From assembly GCA_963847625.1 (NCBI GenBank), contig CAWKAR010000003.1, positions 110,350 to 174,349 on the forward strand: a stretch of DNA of 64,000 nucleotides, in the 5' to 3' direction. The translations under genes were made by a program, and so were the position numbers. Below, in pieces: positions 20,660 through 31,418 of the stretch. Source of the stretch: a candidate division FCPU426 bacterium. GTDB lineage: Bacteria > Oederibacteriota > Muellerivitia > Muellerivitales > Muellerivitaceae. A model generated the notes under the pieces. That model did no database searches. It saw only the letters and a program-made list of their open reading frames with translations, and had not been told where the DNA came from. Within the stretch, counting starts at the first letter, position 1, and each line of letters starts with the position of its first letter.

Positions 20660-22284
20660 AAGAGATCCTCGACTGGCTGGACGAACGCACAGGCTGGAAA
20701 AAAGTCAAGGAAGTCATCTTCGACCGCCACATTCCCAAGGGGGTGAACTGGTGGTACACGCTGGGCAGCGTTACCCTTTTCCTCTTCGTGATTCAGGTTG
20801 TGACTGGCATCCTCTTGGCCATGCATTATTCGCCCTCGCCCGACCATGCTTACGACTCGGTGCGTTACATCACCAACACCGTCCCCATGGGCAAACTCCT
20901 CCGGAGCCTGCACAAGTGGGGCGCCACCGGCATGGTGGTGGCGGTGGCCCTGCACTTGATACGGGTTTTCTTCATGGGAGCATACAAGTATCCCCGGGAA
21001 ATGACCTGGCTGACGGGTGTCGGGCTCTTTTGCCTCGTGATCGGTTTTGGCTTCACCGGCTATCTGTTGCCATGGGATCAAAAAGCTTATTGGGCGACAA
21101 CCGTGGGGGCCCACATGGTGGAACAAGTCCCGGTTCTGGGGCCCTCACTCGGCAAAATCATGAAAGGGAGCCAGGAACTGGGAGTCGTGACTCTGGCCCG
21201 GTTTTACGCCATTCACGTGTTGGTTTTTCCCGCCATCGCCCTTTCCCTGATCGTCTTGCATCTGTTTTTAGTCATTTGGCATGGCATTTCGGCCCCGCCG
21301 GAAAGATTGGAAGCTGCGGATGCCCGGGCGACGGATTGGAAGGGCCGCCAGTGGGAAAAGTACCAGGAAGCCAAGGCCAAGGGGCTTTCCTTCTGGCCTT
21401 ACATCATTTTCAAGGACATGGTGGCGGTCACGCTGGTTTTCTTGGCTGTTTCCCTCGTGGCCTATCTCCGCCCCGCGGATCTGGAAGACCTGGCGAATCC
21501 AACCGATACGACTTACAATCCGCGCCCCGAGTGGTACTTCCTCTCGGTTTTTCAACTCTTAAAGTATTTCCCGGGATCATTGGAAGCATTCGCCATTGTG
21601 TTGCTTCCGTTGATCGCTTTCGGCCTTTTACTCGGCCTGCCCTTTCTGGATCGAAACCCCAAGCGTCATCCGCTTCAAAGACCTTTTTGGACGGGGGCGG
21701 GTATTGTTGCCATCGCGGGATTGATCGTGTTAACCGTCCTGGGAGCGCGTTCGCCCCTGACCAACCCGGAGGTCAAGAAGGACCCCCTCATCACCGAGGG
21801 CAAACGGTTTTTTGAGGAATTTCATTGTGAGTACTGCCACAGCTTGAACGGGAGGGGGGGACAGGTGGGCCCGGCGCTGGACCAGGTGGGTATGAGGCGC
21901 AACCGCGATTGGCTGGCGGCCCATTTCCGGGATCCGAAGAAGATCACCCCGGGCAGCAAGATGCCCAACTTCAGGCTCCTGGACAGTGAAGTGGAGGCTT
22001 TGGTGGCCTATATGAGCAGCTTGGGTGGCGGAACATTCACGTCCCAGGCCCCTCGGCTTTACGAGGACAACTGCGCCACCTGCCACAAGTTCCACGGCGT
22101 GGGTGAGGAAATTGCCCCCGACCTTTCCCATATCGGCCAGGCCCGGGACGCGGTTTACATCGCGGCCTATATCAAGAACCCGCAAAAGCTCAATCCCGAC
22201 GGCGCCATGCAGGCCTTCGAGGGCCAGTTGACTGACGCCCAGATCAACGACCTTGCCCAATACCTGTACGTTCAAGGGAAGTAA
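20656..22284 (+). CDS. Cytochrome b fused to diheme cytochrome c
   Basis: GYLLPWDQ, PEWY, two C-terminal CxxCH (CEYCH, CATCH). Confidence 0.92.
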   Translation: MKEILDWLDERTGWKKVKEVIFDRHIPKGVNWWYTLGSVTLFLFVIQVVTGILLAMHYSPSPDHAYDSVRYITNTVPMGKLLRSLHKWGATGMVVAVALHLIRVFFMGAYKYPREMTWLTGVGLFCLVIGFGFTGYLLPWDQKAYWATTVGAHMVEQVPVLGPSLGKIMKGSQELGVVTLARFYAIHVLVFPAIALSLIVLHLFLVIWHGISAPPERLEAADARATDWKGRQWEKYQEAKAKGLSFWPYIIFKDMVAVTLVFLAVSLVAYLRPADLEDLANPTDTTYNPRPEWYFLSVFQLLKYFPGSLEAFAIVLLPLIAFGLLLGLPFLDRNPKRHPLQRPFWTGAGIVAIAGLIVLTVLGARSPLTNPEVKKDPLITEGKRFFEEFHCEYCHSLNGRGGQVGPALDQVGMRRNRDWLAAHFRDPKKITPGSKMPNFRLLDSEVEALVAYMSSLGGGTFTSQAPRLYEDNCATCHKFHGVGEEIAPDLSHIGQARDAVYIAAYIKNPQKLNPDGAMQAFEGQLTDAQINDLAQYLYVQGK

Positions 22285-22338
22285 GCCAAGGTTTGAATCA
22301 AGGCGTTCTTTCCCGGCTCCTTCATGTATCATTTCATT

Positions 22339-23106
22339 CTAAATTTTTCTTCGGAAAAAAGCCAAGCGGGACATCCATATTCCCAACTCATAGAGAACCA
22401 CCATGGGAACCGCGACGATGGTCATGGTGATGGGATCGGCGCTGGGGGCCAGGGCGGCCGCCAGGATGAAAATTCCCATAATGGCCAGCCGCCGTTTTTG
22501 GGCCATGAATTCGGGGGTGACGATTCCGATGGCCCCCAGCGCGGCCAGCACCAGGGGAAACTCGAAAACCAGCCCGAAGATGACCGTGAAGCTCACGGCG
22601 AAGTTGAAATAACCCTGAAGGGTCCAGCGGGGTATAAAGTGGTATTCCAGGTTGTAATGGACTAGGAATTGGAGAGCCAAGGGGATGACCAGGAAATAGC
22701 TAAAGGCCGCGCCCGCCAGGAAAAACACAAGCCCCAGGCAAAAAACCATGAGGACGGCTCCCCGCTCCTTGGCCTTCAACGCGGGGCTGGCAAAATTCCA
22801 GGCTTCCCACAAGATGAAGGGCAAGGACAGGATCAGTCCCGCCGCCGTGGCCAGCTTCATGTTGATCATGAAGGCCTCGACGGGGACCAGGGTCTGGAGC
22901 CCATCCACCCGCAACGACGTCAGCGGAAACTTTTCCATGACGGTTCGCAGGGGACGCAAAAGGATTTCGAAAAGTAGGGCTGATTTCCAAAAGGCCAGTC
23001 CCACCCCCAAGGTCAGGTAAACCAGGGAATGGATCAGCGCTCTACGCAATTCCAGGAAATGATCAAAAAAATAACGGGGTTGGTCTTTGGTTTCAGGTTT
23101 GGTCAT
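22339..23106 (-). CDS. tatC: Twin-arginine translocase TatC
   Basis: DHFLELRR, FGLVFEFP, DPITM..LYE. Confidence 0.92.
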   Translation of the reverse strand: MTKPETKDQPRYFFDHFLELRRALIHSLVYLTLGVGLAFWKSALLFEILLRPLRTVMEKFPLTSLRVDGLQTLVPVEAFMINMKLATAAGLILSLPFILWEAWNFASPALKAKERGAVLMVFCLGLVFFLAGAAFSYFLVIPLALQFLVHYNLEYHFIPRWTLQGYFNFAVSFTVIFGLVFEFPLVLAALGAIGIVTPEFMAQKRRLAIMGIFILAAALAPSADPITMTIVAVPMVVLYELGIWMSRLAFFRRKI

Positions 23107-23175
23107 GAAAGGGGTTCGCCTTTATATCAATGTCAATTGAGATCAATGTTATAGCCCTTTGTCTTATAGTGAAAA

Positions 23176-24888
23176 CTAAACCGTGGCGGCTTTCCTAACC
23201 TTTAGGCCCACCAAGATCAGCAAGATCAGTTCCAGGGCCACGAAAGAGGTGACGTAGGGCAGGCCGCCCTTGGAAAACCCGTAGCTGTGCAGGCCCACGC
23301 CCAAGACGAAGTTCACCCCGTACCAGGCCATGAGCACCCCGAGGAAAGCCGCTACCACCCCGATGATGAACCCCGCCTCCCGAAGCCAACCCGACAACCG
23401 GCCGTGGAGGATGGCCACGTAACCCAGCAGGGCAATCAAGGCCCAGGTTTCCTTGGGGTCCCATCCCCAGAACCTTCCCCAGGCATAGTTGGCCCAGACT
23501 CCCCCCAGGATGGTTCCCACCGCCAGGAACACCACACCCACCTGCACAATGCGGTAAAGGAGACGGGCCTGCCTCTGGAGAAGTTCGCGGTCCTGGTGCT
23601 TTTTCCATAGGGTCCAAAGCCCCAGATGGCCGATACCCAGTGAGAGTAAGAAAGCCGCGTAGCTGAGGGTGATGGTCAGGACGTGGATGGTGAGCCAGAA
23701 ATTACTCCGGAGGACCGGCTCGATGGGCTGGATGGAGGGGTCCAGGACTGCTGGCACGTTATCCGCCAGGACGAAACCCACCACCGCCAGGGCCGAGCCG
23801 CAAATAATGAATTGTGGGTTCTTGTAAATCCTCTCGAACACCAGCGCGAAAACCGTCATGCCGAAAGTGACCCAGATGAGGGATTCGTACATGTTGGAAA
23901 CAGGAGGCCTTCCGGCGATGAGGCACCGAAGCGTGAAGCCGTATCCGCTGATGAGGAGGCCGGCCAGGAACGCCGCGTAACCCAAGGAGTAGGTTCGCAC
24001 ACCCATGAGCAAAGAAAGCCCGAGGAGCAGGAAAGCGGTGAGGTGGAGAATCCAAGCCAGGCGGAAAGGTTCCAGGCTGTTGTAATGGACCTCCCGCCCC
24101 ATATCCGAGGGCGCGGGATAATCCTTTCCCCCGATCTGCCGAAGCATCCGGCCCAGGTCCTGGGTTTGCGCGAGGAAATCCGGAAAATTTTTCGCGTCGT
24201 AGCTTTTCATGATTCCGGCGAAGCAAAGCAGGATATCCCTGGCCGCATCGGGCATGCCAGCCTGATCCCGATCCAAGGCCCTTTTCAAATCCCCTAGGGA
24301 AGCCCACTTTTGGGTCTTAGGGTGAGCGATGGGGATGACCGTAAGGGCGTCCCCCGTTTGGATGTCCTCGAATTTCTGGAGCCGCCCCAGGACCGCCAGA
24401 CTTTCCTTTTCCATGGGATTGAGGGACAGTTTTTGCCGCTGTTTCAGGATGTTGGACTTGGCGTAAGAAAGGAAACTTTCGTTATGGACAAGGCCATTAT
24501 AATCGGCGTATTTTTCCCCCTTTTCCATCCCCAGGAGGTTCCTCAAATCCAGGTTCTCCACCAGCACGCATTTCTTTTTCTCCCAGTCCTTCGAGTGGGT
24601 GACCATGTCCAGGAGTATGTCCAGGGCCGTCCTGCCCTCGAACATTTCCTGGCCCGTGATCAACCGGACGCAATACCGGGCAAAGGTGTCCATCGGCTTG
24701 ACCCTCCCCCCCTCCTGGATGGGGATGAGGGAGAGGGGCTTTAAGTCAAAACCTTCCGCGCGGGCCGCCCCAACCGCCGAGAGAAGAATGAATAAAGTGA
24801 AAAAAGATTTGATCACGCATTTTCGCAGACAGACACGATTGAAAACCTTATTCATATGAAGAACCCCTGTGTTCCTATTTTTAAGCAT
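23176..24888 (-). CDS. ccsA: Cytochrome c biogenesis protein CcsA/ResC (System II)
   Basis: WGRFWGWDPKETW and GLHSYG. Confidence 0.92.
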   Translation of the reverse strand: MLKNRNTGVLHMNKVFNRVCLRKCVIKSFFTLFILLSAVGAARAEGFDLKPLSLIPIQEGGRVKPMDTFARYCVRLITGQEMFEGRTALDILLDMVTHSKDWEKKKCVLVENLDLRNLLGMEKGEKYADYNGLVHNESFLSYAKSNILKQRQKLSLNPMEKESLAVLGRLQKFEDIQTGDALTVIPIAHPKTQKWASLGDLKRALDRDQAGMPDAARDILLCFAGIMKSYDAKNFPDFLAQTQDLGRMLRQIGGKDYPAPSDMGREVHYNSLEPFRLAWILHLTAFLLLGLSLLMGVRTYSLGYAAFLAGLLISGYGFTLRCLIAGRPPVSNMYESLIWVTFGMTVFALVFERIYKNPQFIICGSALAVVGFVLADNVPAVLDPSIQPIEPVLRSNFWLTIHVLTITLSYAAFLLSLGIGHLGLWTLWKKHQDRELLQRQARLLYRIVQVGVVFLAVGTILGGVWANYAWGRFWGWDPKETWALIALLGYVAILHGRLSGWLREAGFIIGVVAAFLGVLMAWYGVNFVLGVGLHSYGFSKGGLPYVTSFVALELILLILVGLKVRKAATV

Positions 24889-26296
24889 TTTGTACCTTCT
24901 TTTTCCAAGCTGGATTCTTGAACCAGAACATGAAAACAATGCCCAACACGAGAATCAAGGCCCCCCCGTACTTCAACCAGATACCGGGGTCCTTCCCGAC
25001 GGAAAAGACCGAGACGTACTTTCCATCGCCCTGGGGCGAATAGCTGGCTTGGAATAGGGTGAAACCTTTGTAACGGAGCGGCCGGTTCATGCTGATGACA
25101 GCTGGCATCTGGACGCCCAACTCCGGGTCTGTGTAAAGGATTTCGCTTGCAAAGGAGGCGGGTTTTTCCGTGCCGGGGTCAAAGCCCAGGTTGAACTTCT
25201 TGAGCCGGACGGAAAAGGGCAAGGATGATTGCAGAGGGCCGTAGGCCAACGCGAACTTCTCCCCCCGGAAGATAAAGCTCGACTGGCTTTCATAGCCGAT
25301 CCAGCCCTCTTTCTTATCGGGATAATGGACGACATCGTAATGGAGGGCGGGCTCGGGGTCCTTTTGGGAAGCCAAAGGCTCGTTGATATAGGTTTCTTTC
25401 GGCAGGGCATCTTCCATTCTTTCCGATACCTTGAACCTCATGTCCATCCAGCCCGTGTAGATATCCTCTTCCGGCTTCAAGGTTTGTTCGGTCTCCCACT
25501 TGCCGCTCTTCCTGATCTGGTACTTCAAGCTCCCATCCGGAACCAATAGCACCGCCAAGCCGTTGGGGACCGCGTCTTTTCCGAAGGTTTTCAGTTTTTT
25601 CTTCCATGCCGCTTCCCTTTCAAAATAAACCGAGGCCAGAGCAAGGTCCAAGTGCCCGTAATCAGGGTTTCCCAGGAATAACCATTGATCCTCCTGGATA
25701 AAAGAACCGGCTAAGGACAGGTGAATCGCGGGAAATCCCTTTTCGCCCTTGTCCGGATTTCTTGCCGCCACCTTTTTTCCGGCGTTGAGCAGAAATTGGT
25801 CCAACATCAAGAGACCTTCGCCGGGAAGCCGGATGATCTTGGGGTGGCCTGGGCTGGGGACTCGAATAGAGAAGGATGCGGGAATCCGGCCCGGCGCATC
25901 GTCCCCAATCTGGTAGTAAAGAGTGGGCTTATCCTCCAGGAATAGGTGTCCCTCCTCGCCCTCGACCAGGGCGATTTGGCCCTCGGCTCCAAACTTCTGG
26001 GTGGTCAGGGAACCGGCCAGGATGAAGAGGATGCCCAGATGGGTGATGACGAAACCGATGTGGTGTTTTTTCCACGGTATGCGGGAAAGGGCCGAGCAGA
26101 GGACGTTGATTCCCAATAGGAACAGAAACGCCGCAAACCACCAAGTGCCGTAAACAAACCGCTTGGCCAACGCGGTTGAATAAAGGGATTCCACGATCGT
26201 TCCAACCGCCAGGAGGGCCGCCAGGATCAACAGCATTGGCAAGGCCAATTGGACGGAGGAAAGGAACTTAAAAACCTTACTTTGGAATAATTTCAC
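24881..26296 (-). CDS. Cytochrome c biogenesis protein CcsB/ResB
   Basis: GTIVES, THLG, MNRPLRYKG..FQASY, DPG. Confidence 0.85.
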   Translation of the reverse strand: MKLFQSKVFKFLSSVQLALPMLLILAALLAVGTIVESLYSTALAKRFVYGTWWFAAFLFLLGINVLCSALSRIPWKKHHIGFVITHLGILFILAGSLTTQKFGAEGQIALVEGEEGHLFLEDKPTLYYQIGDDAPGRIPASFSIRVPSPGHPKIIRLPGEGLLMLDQFLLNAGKKVAARNPDKGEKGFPAIHLSLAGSFIQEDQWLFLGNPDYGHLDLALASVYFEREAAWKKKLKTFGKDAVPNGLAVLLVPDGSLKYQIRKSGKWETEQTLKPEEDIYTGWMDMRFKVSERMEDALPKETYINEPLASQKDPEPALHYDVVHYPDKKEGWIGYESQSSFIFRGEKFALAYGPLQSSLPFSVRLKKFNLGFDPGTEKPASFASEILYTDPELGVQMPAVISMNRPLRYKGFTLFQASYSPQGDGKYVSVFSVGKDPGIWLKYGGALILVLGIVFMFWFKNPAWKKKVQNA

Positions 26297-26446
26297 AAAT
26301 TCTCCCGTTCATGAAACCAGACGATAAAAGAAGGACAAATAGGTTTGAGCTATCCGGGTAAAATCCCTGTATCCCCATAAAAAAGCGTCGTCCCCTTCCG
26401 GGAACGACGCCAAATGGCATCTTATTTGAATCCTAACTTTAGGAAA

Positions 26447-26680
26447 TCACCGGCCCTTCTTTTTTTGGGGAGTATTCTTAGACTTAGCGGGAAGAGCGAT
26501 AGTCTGGGTCGGTGAAGCCTCGGGTTTGTGGGTATTGCTCGGTTGGTCGGGATTAACAGCCTTTTTAAACTCGCGAATGGCTTCTCCCATCGCCCGGGCG
26601 AGGTCCGGCAGCTTGCTGGGGCCGAAAAGTAGCAAAGCCACGATGAATAGAAGTAGTAATTCCCCGAAACGTCCACCCAT
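26447..26680 (-). CDS. tatA: TatA/E
   Basis: LLLFGPSKLPDLARAMGEAIREFKK. Confidence 0.9.
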   Translation of the reverse strand: MGGRFGELLLLFIVALLLFGPSKLPDLARAMGEAIREFKKAVNPDQPSNTHKPEASPTQTIALPAKSKNTPQKKKGR

Positions 26681-26932
26681 TAAAAAACTCCTTGGAAATT
26701 ATTATAAAATCATTCTAGGCACCCGACTGGGCCAAGTAAAGGGCCTCTTGATGCTTTAAGGGTAACGATTGATGGCGGCCCTGCCTTTTAAAATAACCAT
26801 TTTGGGATGTTTTCCATGGCCAAATCCAAGTTTCCACGAAGTAAGGGCAAGAGGTGAAAGATGTTCATAACATAGATCTTCCCGCAAATGGAGCCAAAGG
26901 TGAAACTGAAATAGTCGCAGGAAAATCGCATT

Positions 26933-28342
26933 TTACTTGGCCGAGGCTAAAGAAGTCTGTGATCCCATGTTCGAAGGTGTCTTCCCATTTACAACGGCGT
27001 TGAGGTAGGTGCGAAGAGCCGCGATCTCTTCGGTGGTACCCGCAAGGGGGGGCATGAACTTGCGGTAGGGCGAGCCCTCCTTGTGCTCGTGAAGGATTTC
27101 CAGCAGGTTGCCGATGGCCTTTTCGTCACGTCCGTCCAACAGGCTGATCATTCCCCGGTAGCCGTCAAGGGTATGGCAAGGCAGGCACTCTCCCAAGAAC
27201 ATCCGTTGACCCGCTTTAATGGGGTCGCTCAAGACAAGGTCCGAGCCCGTTCTCGGAGACCACATGGATTGAGTTAAGAATCCATTGCGGTTGAGGCCCT
27301 CCACTTGGGATTGCCGCACCCCGTTGGAATACATGAAATCCGCGATGACAAAGGGCTTGCGCAGCATCTCCCGGGTGCTTTCGGCGGCTCCCATGGCCAG
27401 GAAACCCAGGAAAAAAATTCCCAACGCATGGCCTAAGTGGAAATCCCGGGGGCTGTAATAGGCGAAGAAATAAACCACTCCGATCAGGGTGGCGGTCGCG
27501 ATCAGGGTAATCAGGGCCATGCGCGTTACCTGTGTAAAGGCACCGGCCCCGATGGTGGAAAATCCCAAGGTCAACAACTCCCTCTGGCCGGCCGGAACCA
27601 TCCAGAGATACCAGGCGAAAAAGAACGGCATCAACAGGTAGGACGGCAACAGCCACTTGGCCGACCAGCGGATCATACCGTGTTTCAACTTCCCTTCCTT
27701 CACGCCGTCCAACCTGCTGAAAAAAACCAGGGCGAAGATGCCTGCCAGCGACAGGCAAACCAGGGTCCTTAAACCCAGGCTGGGCCAGTAAGTGGGGTTG
27801 AAAAACGCCCGAAAAAACATGGTGGCCTCGTTGCCGCTTCCGGCCACATTCAGCCAATCCGCGCCGGGAGTCAGCATGAAGGCCAGGATGCCGTTGATAA
27901 TCACCAAGGTGACGTAGGAAACCGCGCCGTAAAGGTAGCCGATCTTGAGATGGACGGAATCGGAAACCCGGTTCCAAGTGTAATAGTAAATCGCGGCCAG
28001 GCTGAGCTCGACCATAAACACCACCCATTCCATGGCCCACGCGAACACAAAGTTGCGGATCAGGGTACTGGTGCCTTCGGGGCTGGCCAAGCTGATGGCG
28101 AACCAGATGCCTACGCCGGTCACGGTACCCGCCACGCCGGTGAGAACGAGGAAAAACTTGGAATAACCCCTCAATCTCGCCAGCCAGTCCGCCCGGCCCT
28201 CCTTGAGCGCCTTGGCCTCGGCGATGGGTTGGAAAATCCCCCCTCCGATGGCGAAATGGGAAATATAGACATGGATGATGGCGATGATGCCGATCATCCA
28301 GCCGGAACCGATCAGCGGTACGTACCAAACGGGATAATTCAT
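26933..28342 (-). CDS. Cytochrome bd subunit I-like protein fused to cytochrome c
   Basis: HVYISHFAIGGG, GTVTGVGIW, WAMEW, REMLRKP, C-terminal CLPCH. Confidence 0.8.
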   Translation of the reverse strand: MNYPVWYVPLIGSGWMIGIIAIIHVYISHFAIGGGIFQPIAEAKALKEGRADWLARLRGYSKFFLVLTGVAGTVTGVGIWFAISLASPEGTSTLIRNFVFAWAMEWVVFMVELSLAAIYYYTWNRVSDSVHLKIGYLYGAVSYVTLVIINGILAFMLTPGADWLNVAGSGNEATMFFRAFFNPTYWPSLGLRTLVCLSLAGIFALVFFSRLDGVKEGKLKHGMIRWSAKWLLPSYLLMPFFFAWYLWMVPAGQRELLTLGFSTIGAGAFTQVTRMALITLIATATLIGVVYFFAYYSPRDFHLGHALGIFFLGFLAMGAAESTREMLRKPFVIADFMYSNGVRQSQVEGLNRNGFLTQSMWSPRTGSDLVLSDPIKAGQRMFLGECLPCHTLDGYRGMISLLDGRDEKAIGNLLEILHEHKEGSPYRKFMPPLAGTTEEIAALRTYLNAVVNGKTPSNMGSQTSLASAK

Positions 28343-28357
28343 GGCTTTAAAGACTCC

Positions 28358-29491
28358 TCATGGTTGTCCCAGGGTGGAATAACCCCAGAGCGTGGTGATC
28401 AAGAGGCCGGCCAATACCAGGAGCCCGAAGTAAGTGGTCTTCCGGGCCCGCGCGCCGGCCTTGCTTTTCACGTCATAAAGCGGCACCAGAACCCAAAGCA
28501 CCAGCCCCAGGTTGAAAAGAACGAGCCCGAAAAGCTCGCCCGCCTCGCCGGAAACCACCTTCCCGATGATTCGCAGTACTTGGAAGGAGCTCATGAAATA
28601 CCACTCGGGGTGAATGTCCATGGGGGTGGGTTTTATCGGGTCGGACTGCTCCCCCAAGCCCCAAGGGTACACGGCCGCGAGAAACGCTAGGATATTCAGG
28701 GCCAGTAACCACATGCCCAGGTCCTTCATCGCGAAGTTCGGAAAAAACGGCACGCTGCGGCGCTGGGATTCGGGTTTCGCCTCCTCGCTTTCCGGCATGG
28801 ACACGCCGTGCTTCTGGATCAACGCGAGGTGGAAAAGGAGGATGGGTATGAAAAGGGCCGGCAGGACCACCACGTGAAGGGCGAAAAACCTGGAGACCGT
28901 GAAGGAACTGATCTCGGGGCCGCCACGCACCAGATCGGAAATCCAGGGGCCCAGGACGGGGATCACCGCCGGGATGCTCAAGCCCACCTTCGTGGCGAAG
29001 AAGGAAAGCACATCCATGGGCAGCAGGTATCCGCTGAAACCAAAAACCAAGGCCAGCCCCAGGAGCGCCAAGCCGCTCCACCAGCCGAACTCGCGTGGGG
29101 CGCGGTAGGCCCTCAGGAAAAAAACCGAGAACATGTGGATGAAGGCCGATCCGATCATGAGGTTGGCCGACCAGGCGTGCACCGAGCGGATGAACCACCC
29201 GAACTTGATGTGGTAGGTGATCTGCCGGACGGACTCGTAGGCGTCGTCGCCGGGCCGGTAATAAAGCAGCAAAAGCACGCCCGTGAAGCACATGACGATG
29301 AAGAAAAAAAGCGTGATGCCCCCCCAGTAGTACCAGAAGGAGTATCGGTGTTCCGGAACGGTTTTTTCCGAGGCCATCTTGGCCAAGTCGGTTATCCCCA
29401 GCCTCTCATCCACCCACCGATAGACGAATGAGAAGAGGTTGTCCCGACCGGAGCGCTTAGGTCCGGCTGATAGTGATTTTTCCATTGGCAA
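28358..29491 (-). CDS. Cytochrome b (second bc complex)
   Basis: RSVHAWSA, GYLLP, HPEWYF. Confidence 0.9.
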   Translation of the reverse strand: MPMEKSLSAGPKRSGRDNLFSFVYRWVDERLGITDLAKMASEKTVPEHRYSFWYYWGGITLFFFIVMCFTGVLLLLYYRPGDDAYESVRQITYHIKFGWFIRSVHAWSANLMIGSAFIHMFSVFFLRAYRAPREFGWWSGLALLGLALVFGFSGYLLPMDVLSFFATKVGLSIPAVIPVLGPWISDLVRGGPEISSFTVSRFFALHVVVLPALFIPILLFHLALIQKHGVSMPESEEAKPESQRRSVPFFPNFAMKDLGMWLLALNILAFLAAVYPWGLGEQSDPIKPTPMDIHPEWYFMSSFQVLRIIGKVVSGEAGELFGLVLFNLGLVLWVLVPLYDVKSKAGARARKTTYFGLLVLAGLLITTLWGYSTLGQP

Positions 29492-29966
29492 TACTCACTT
29501 TGTACCCGGTCAGCGGCTTGGGCGGCGGGCCGGAGATGTTGGCTCCCGTCCGGGGGTCGTAGACCCCCCCGTGGCAGGGGCAGTAAATGATTTTTTTATC
29601 GGGCTGGTAGGCGGGGGTGCACCCGAGATGGGTGCAGACGGCGCTCAAGGCCGTCCAAGTATCGTCGTCCTGGTGGATGAGCATGGCGGGTCTGGAGGCG
29701 AACTTGAACATCATGGCGGAGTTTTTGGGCAATGAAAGGGCGTTGTCCAAAGTCACTTCTTTTGCCGGCACCTCCATGGCGGCGTCTTCCACCGGCGAGG
29801 CCAAATAGCGGTAGATGGGATAACCAATGAATCCCGCGTAAACGGCGCCCACGGCACCCGCGGCTATCTTCAGGAAGGTCCGCCTTTCCATCGGCCCCAG
29901 CAAACCGTTGGAATCGGAATCGTCCTTGGTCGGGCCGGCGGGCGGGTTTTTACTTTCCTCAGGCAT
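29457..29966 (-). CDS. Rieske Fe-S protein (second)
   Basis: ERRTFLK Tat motif, CTHLGC, CPCHGG; likely start MPEES at 29966. Confidence 0.9.
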   Translation of the reverse strand: MPEESKNPPAGPTKDDSDSNGLLGPMERRTFLKIAAGAVGAVYAGFIGYPIYRYLASPVEDAAMEVPAKEVTLDNALSLPKNSAMMFKFASRPAMLIHQDDDTWTALSAVCTHLGCTPAYQPDKKIIYCPCHGGVYDPRTGANISGPPPKPLTGYKVSIANGKITISRT

Positions 29967-31077
29967 AGTTTTCCTCCACCGGCTTGGCACGGCGCAGCAC
30001 CATGAGAATCCAGCCCATGATGCCCAGGCCCACGATAAAGAAACCAAAGAACAGTCCAACCACTAGCCAATTGGTGTTAACCGGGCTGATCCATATGTCA
30101 AAACCCTTGTGGGCGAGCGTGATGTCCCTCACGCCGTCGCGCAAAATCACGTAGGCGGCCACCGAAAAAAAAACGGGCAGGGCGGTTAAAAGCCCCCTGG
30201 ACAAAGACCAGTCCCTCGGCCGCAACACCAGGCCCAGGGCCGCTAAAACACTCAGGCCCAGGCATCCCAACCAACCGTAAAGCAAAGCCCGGTAAAACCC
30301 GGAACTTTGAAGGGCTTCCTGGACAAAATCGGGCTGGGCGTGAAAAGCCCACAAACCCACTGCGGCCAGCACCGGCAAGGCGGCCAGTGCGATAACGCCG
30401 CTCCAGAACCGGAAGAAGACCTTCACTTCTTCTTCCAACGCGTTTTTGCCGGTGTAAAGAGCCGATCCTAAAGCACCTAGGGCGATAGAACCGGCCATCA
30501 TGACGGCGAAGCGAGGCCACTTGGTCGGGTCAAAGGGAGGCATATGGATGCCGGAAACCGCGGCGCCGTACATGCCCGGCCAAACCTCGGGACGGAGCAT
30601 CAAGGTCATGTTCGTGGAGAAAACCTGGGCCACGTACATCAGAAGGGCCAGGGCCAAAAGGCCCCAGGACCACCAGTTTTTTTTATGCACGGCGTGGCCA
30701 GCCATGTGGTAAAGGATGAAATAAGCCGTGATGATGAACAAGAGAACGCTGATCCAGTAAGCGCCGATCAGGATGCTGCTGGTATAGAACGCCCGGCCAT
30801 AAAGCGCCTGGGTAAACAAGAGGGGCGGAATGCCCAGGTTGATGACGAAGGTCGTTACGATGGGCAATCGGGCCGCCACCACGCCCGAGGAGGAGATCGC
30901 CCGGGGTGACTTGAGAAAATAACCGATGGCGTTCCAAAGGATGGCCAAGAATAAGCCGCCCAGCAGGAGGTGCAGAAAAGCGAAGTGCAGGGAGAGCGTG
31001 AGGTTGTGGAGGACCTTGAAAAGCCAAATCGGCGCGGGGAGGGGGATCGGATCGAGCGATGGAAAATAGAAAGTCAT
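29959..31077 (-). CDS. Polytopic membrane protein, probable second subunit of the bd-like complex
   Basis: LHFAFLHLLLGG, INLGIPPLLFTQ; first gene of the Rieske-cytb-cydA-like operon. Confidence 0.6.
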   Translation of the reverse strand: MTFYFPSLDPIPLPAPIWLFKVLHNLTLSLHFAFLHLLLGGLFLAILWNAIGYFLKSPRAISSSGVVAARLPIVTTFVINLGIPPLLFTQALYGRAFYTSSILIGAYWISVLLFIITAYFILYHMAGHAVHKKNWWSWGLLALALLMYVAQVFSTNMTLMLRPEVWPGMYGAAVSGIHMPPFDPTKWPRFAVMMAGSIALGALGSALYTGKNALEEEVKVFFRFWSGVIALAALPVLAAVGLWAFHAQPDFVQEALQSSGFYRALLYGWLGCLGLSVLAALGLVLRPRDWSLSRGLLTALPVFFSVAAYVILRDGVRDITLAHKGFDIWISPVNTNWLVVGLFFGFFIVGLGIMGWILMVLRRAKPVEENYA

Positions 31078-31418
31078 GGGACCTCTTTTTTGAGCAATGG
31101 AAGGTACGCGCCTAGGAGCCCAAATCCGCGTTAAAGCATAATGTCAAACACGGTTTGAGTTCAAGCATTACCTGTTTTCTTGTTTTTCAGGCAAAAACGA
31201 AACCAGCGTCTCGCGTACCCCGGCCGAGGAGATGAAAGGCGGCGGCATTAACCCAGCTTGGCCAGCCTGATTAACGCGGTCAATTGGGAATAATATTTTT
31301 GAAAGATAAATTTCATATTCCTCCCGTGATAGGCAGGTTTCCTCACCGCCGACCCTCCCCATGCGGTTCCTGATCCCCTTAAATTTAATGATGGTTCAAC
31401 CTTGCTGAGAACAGCGTG

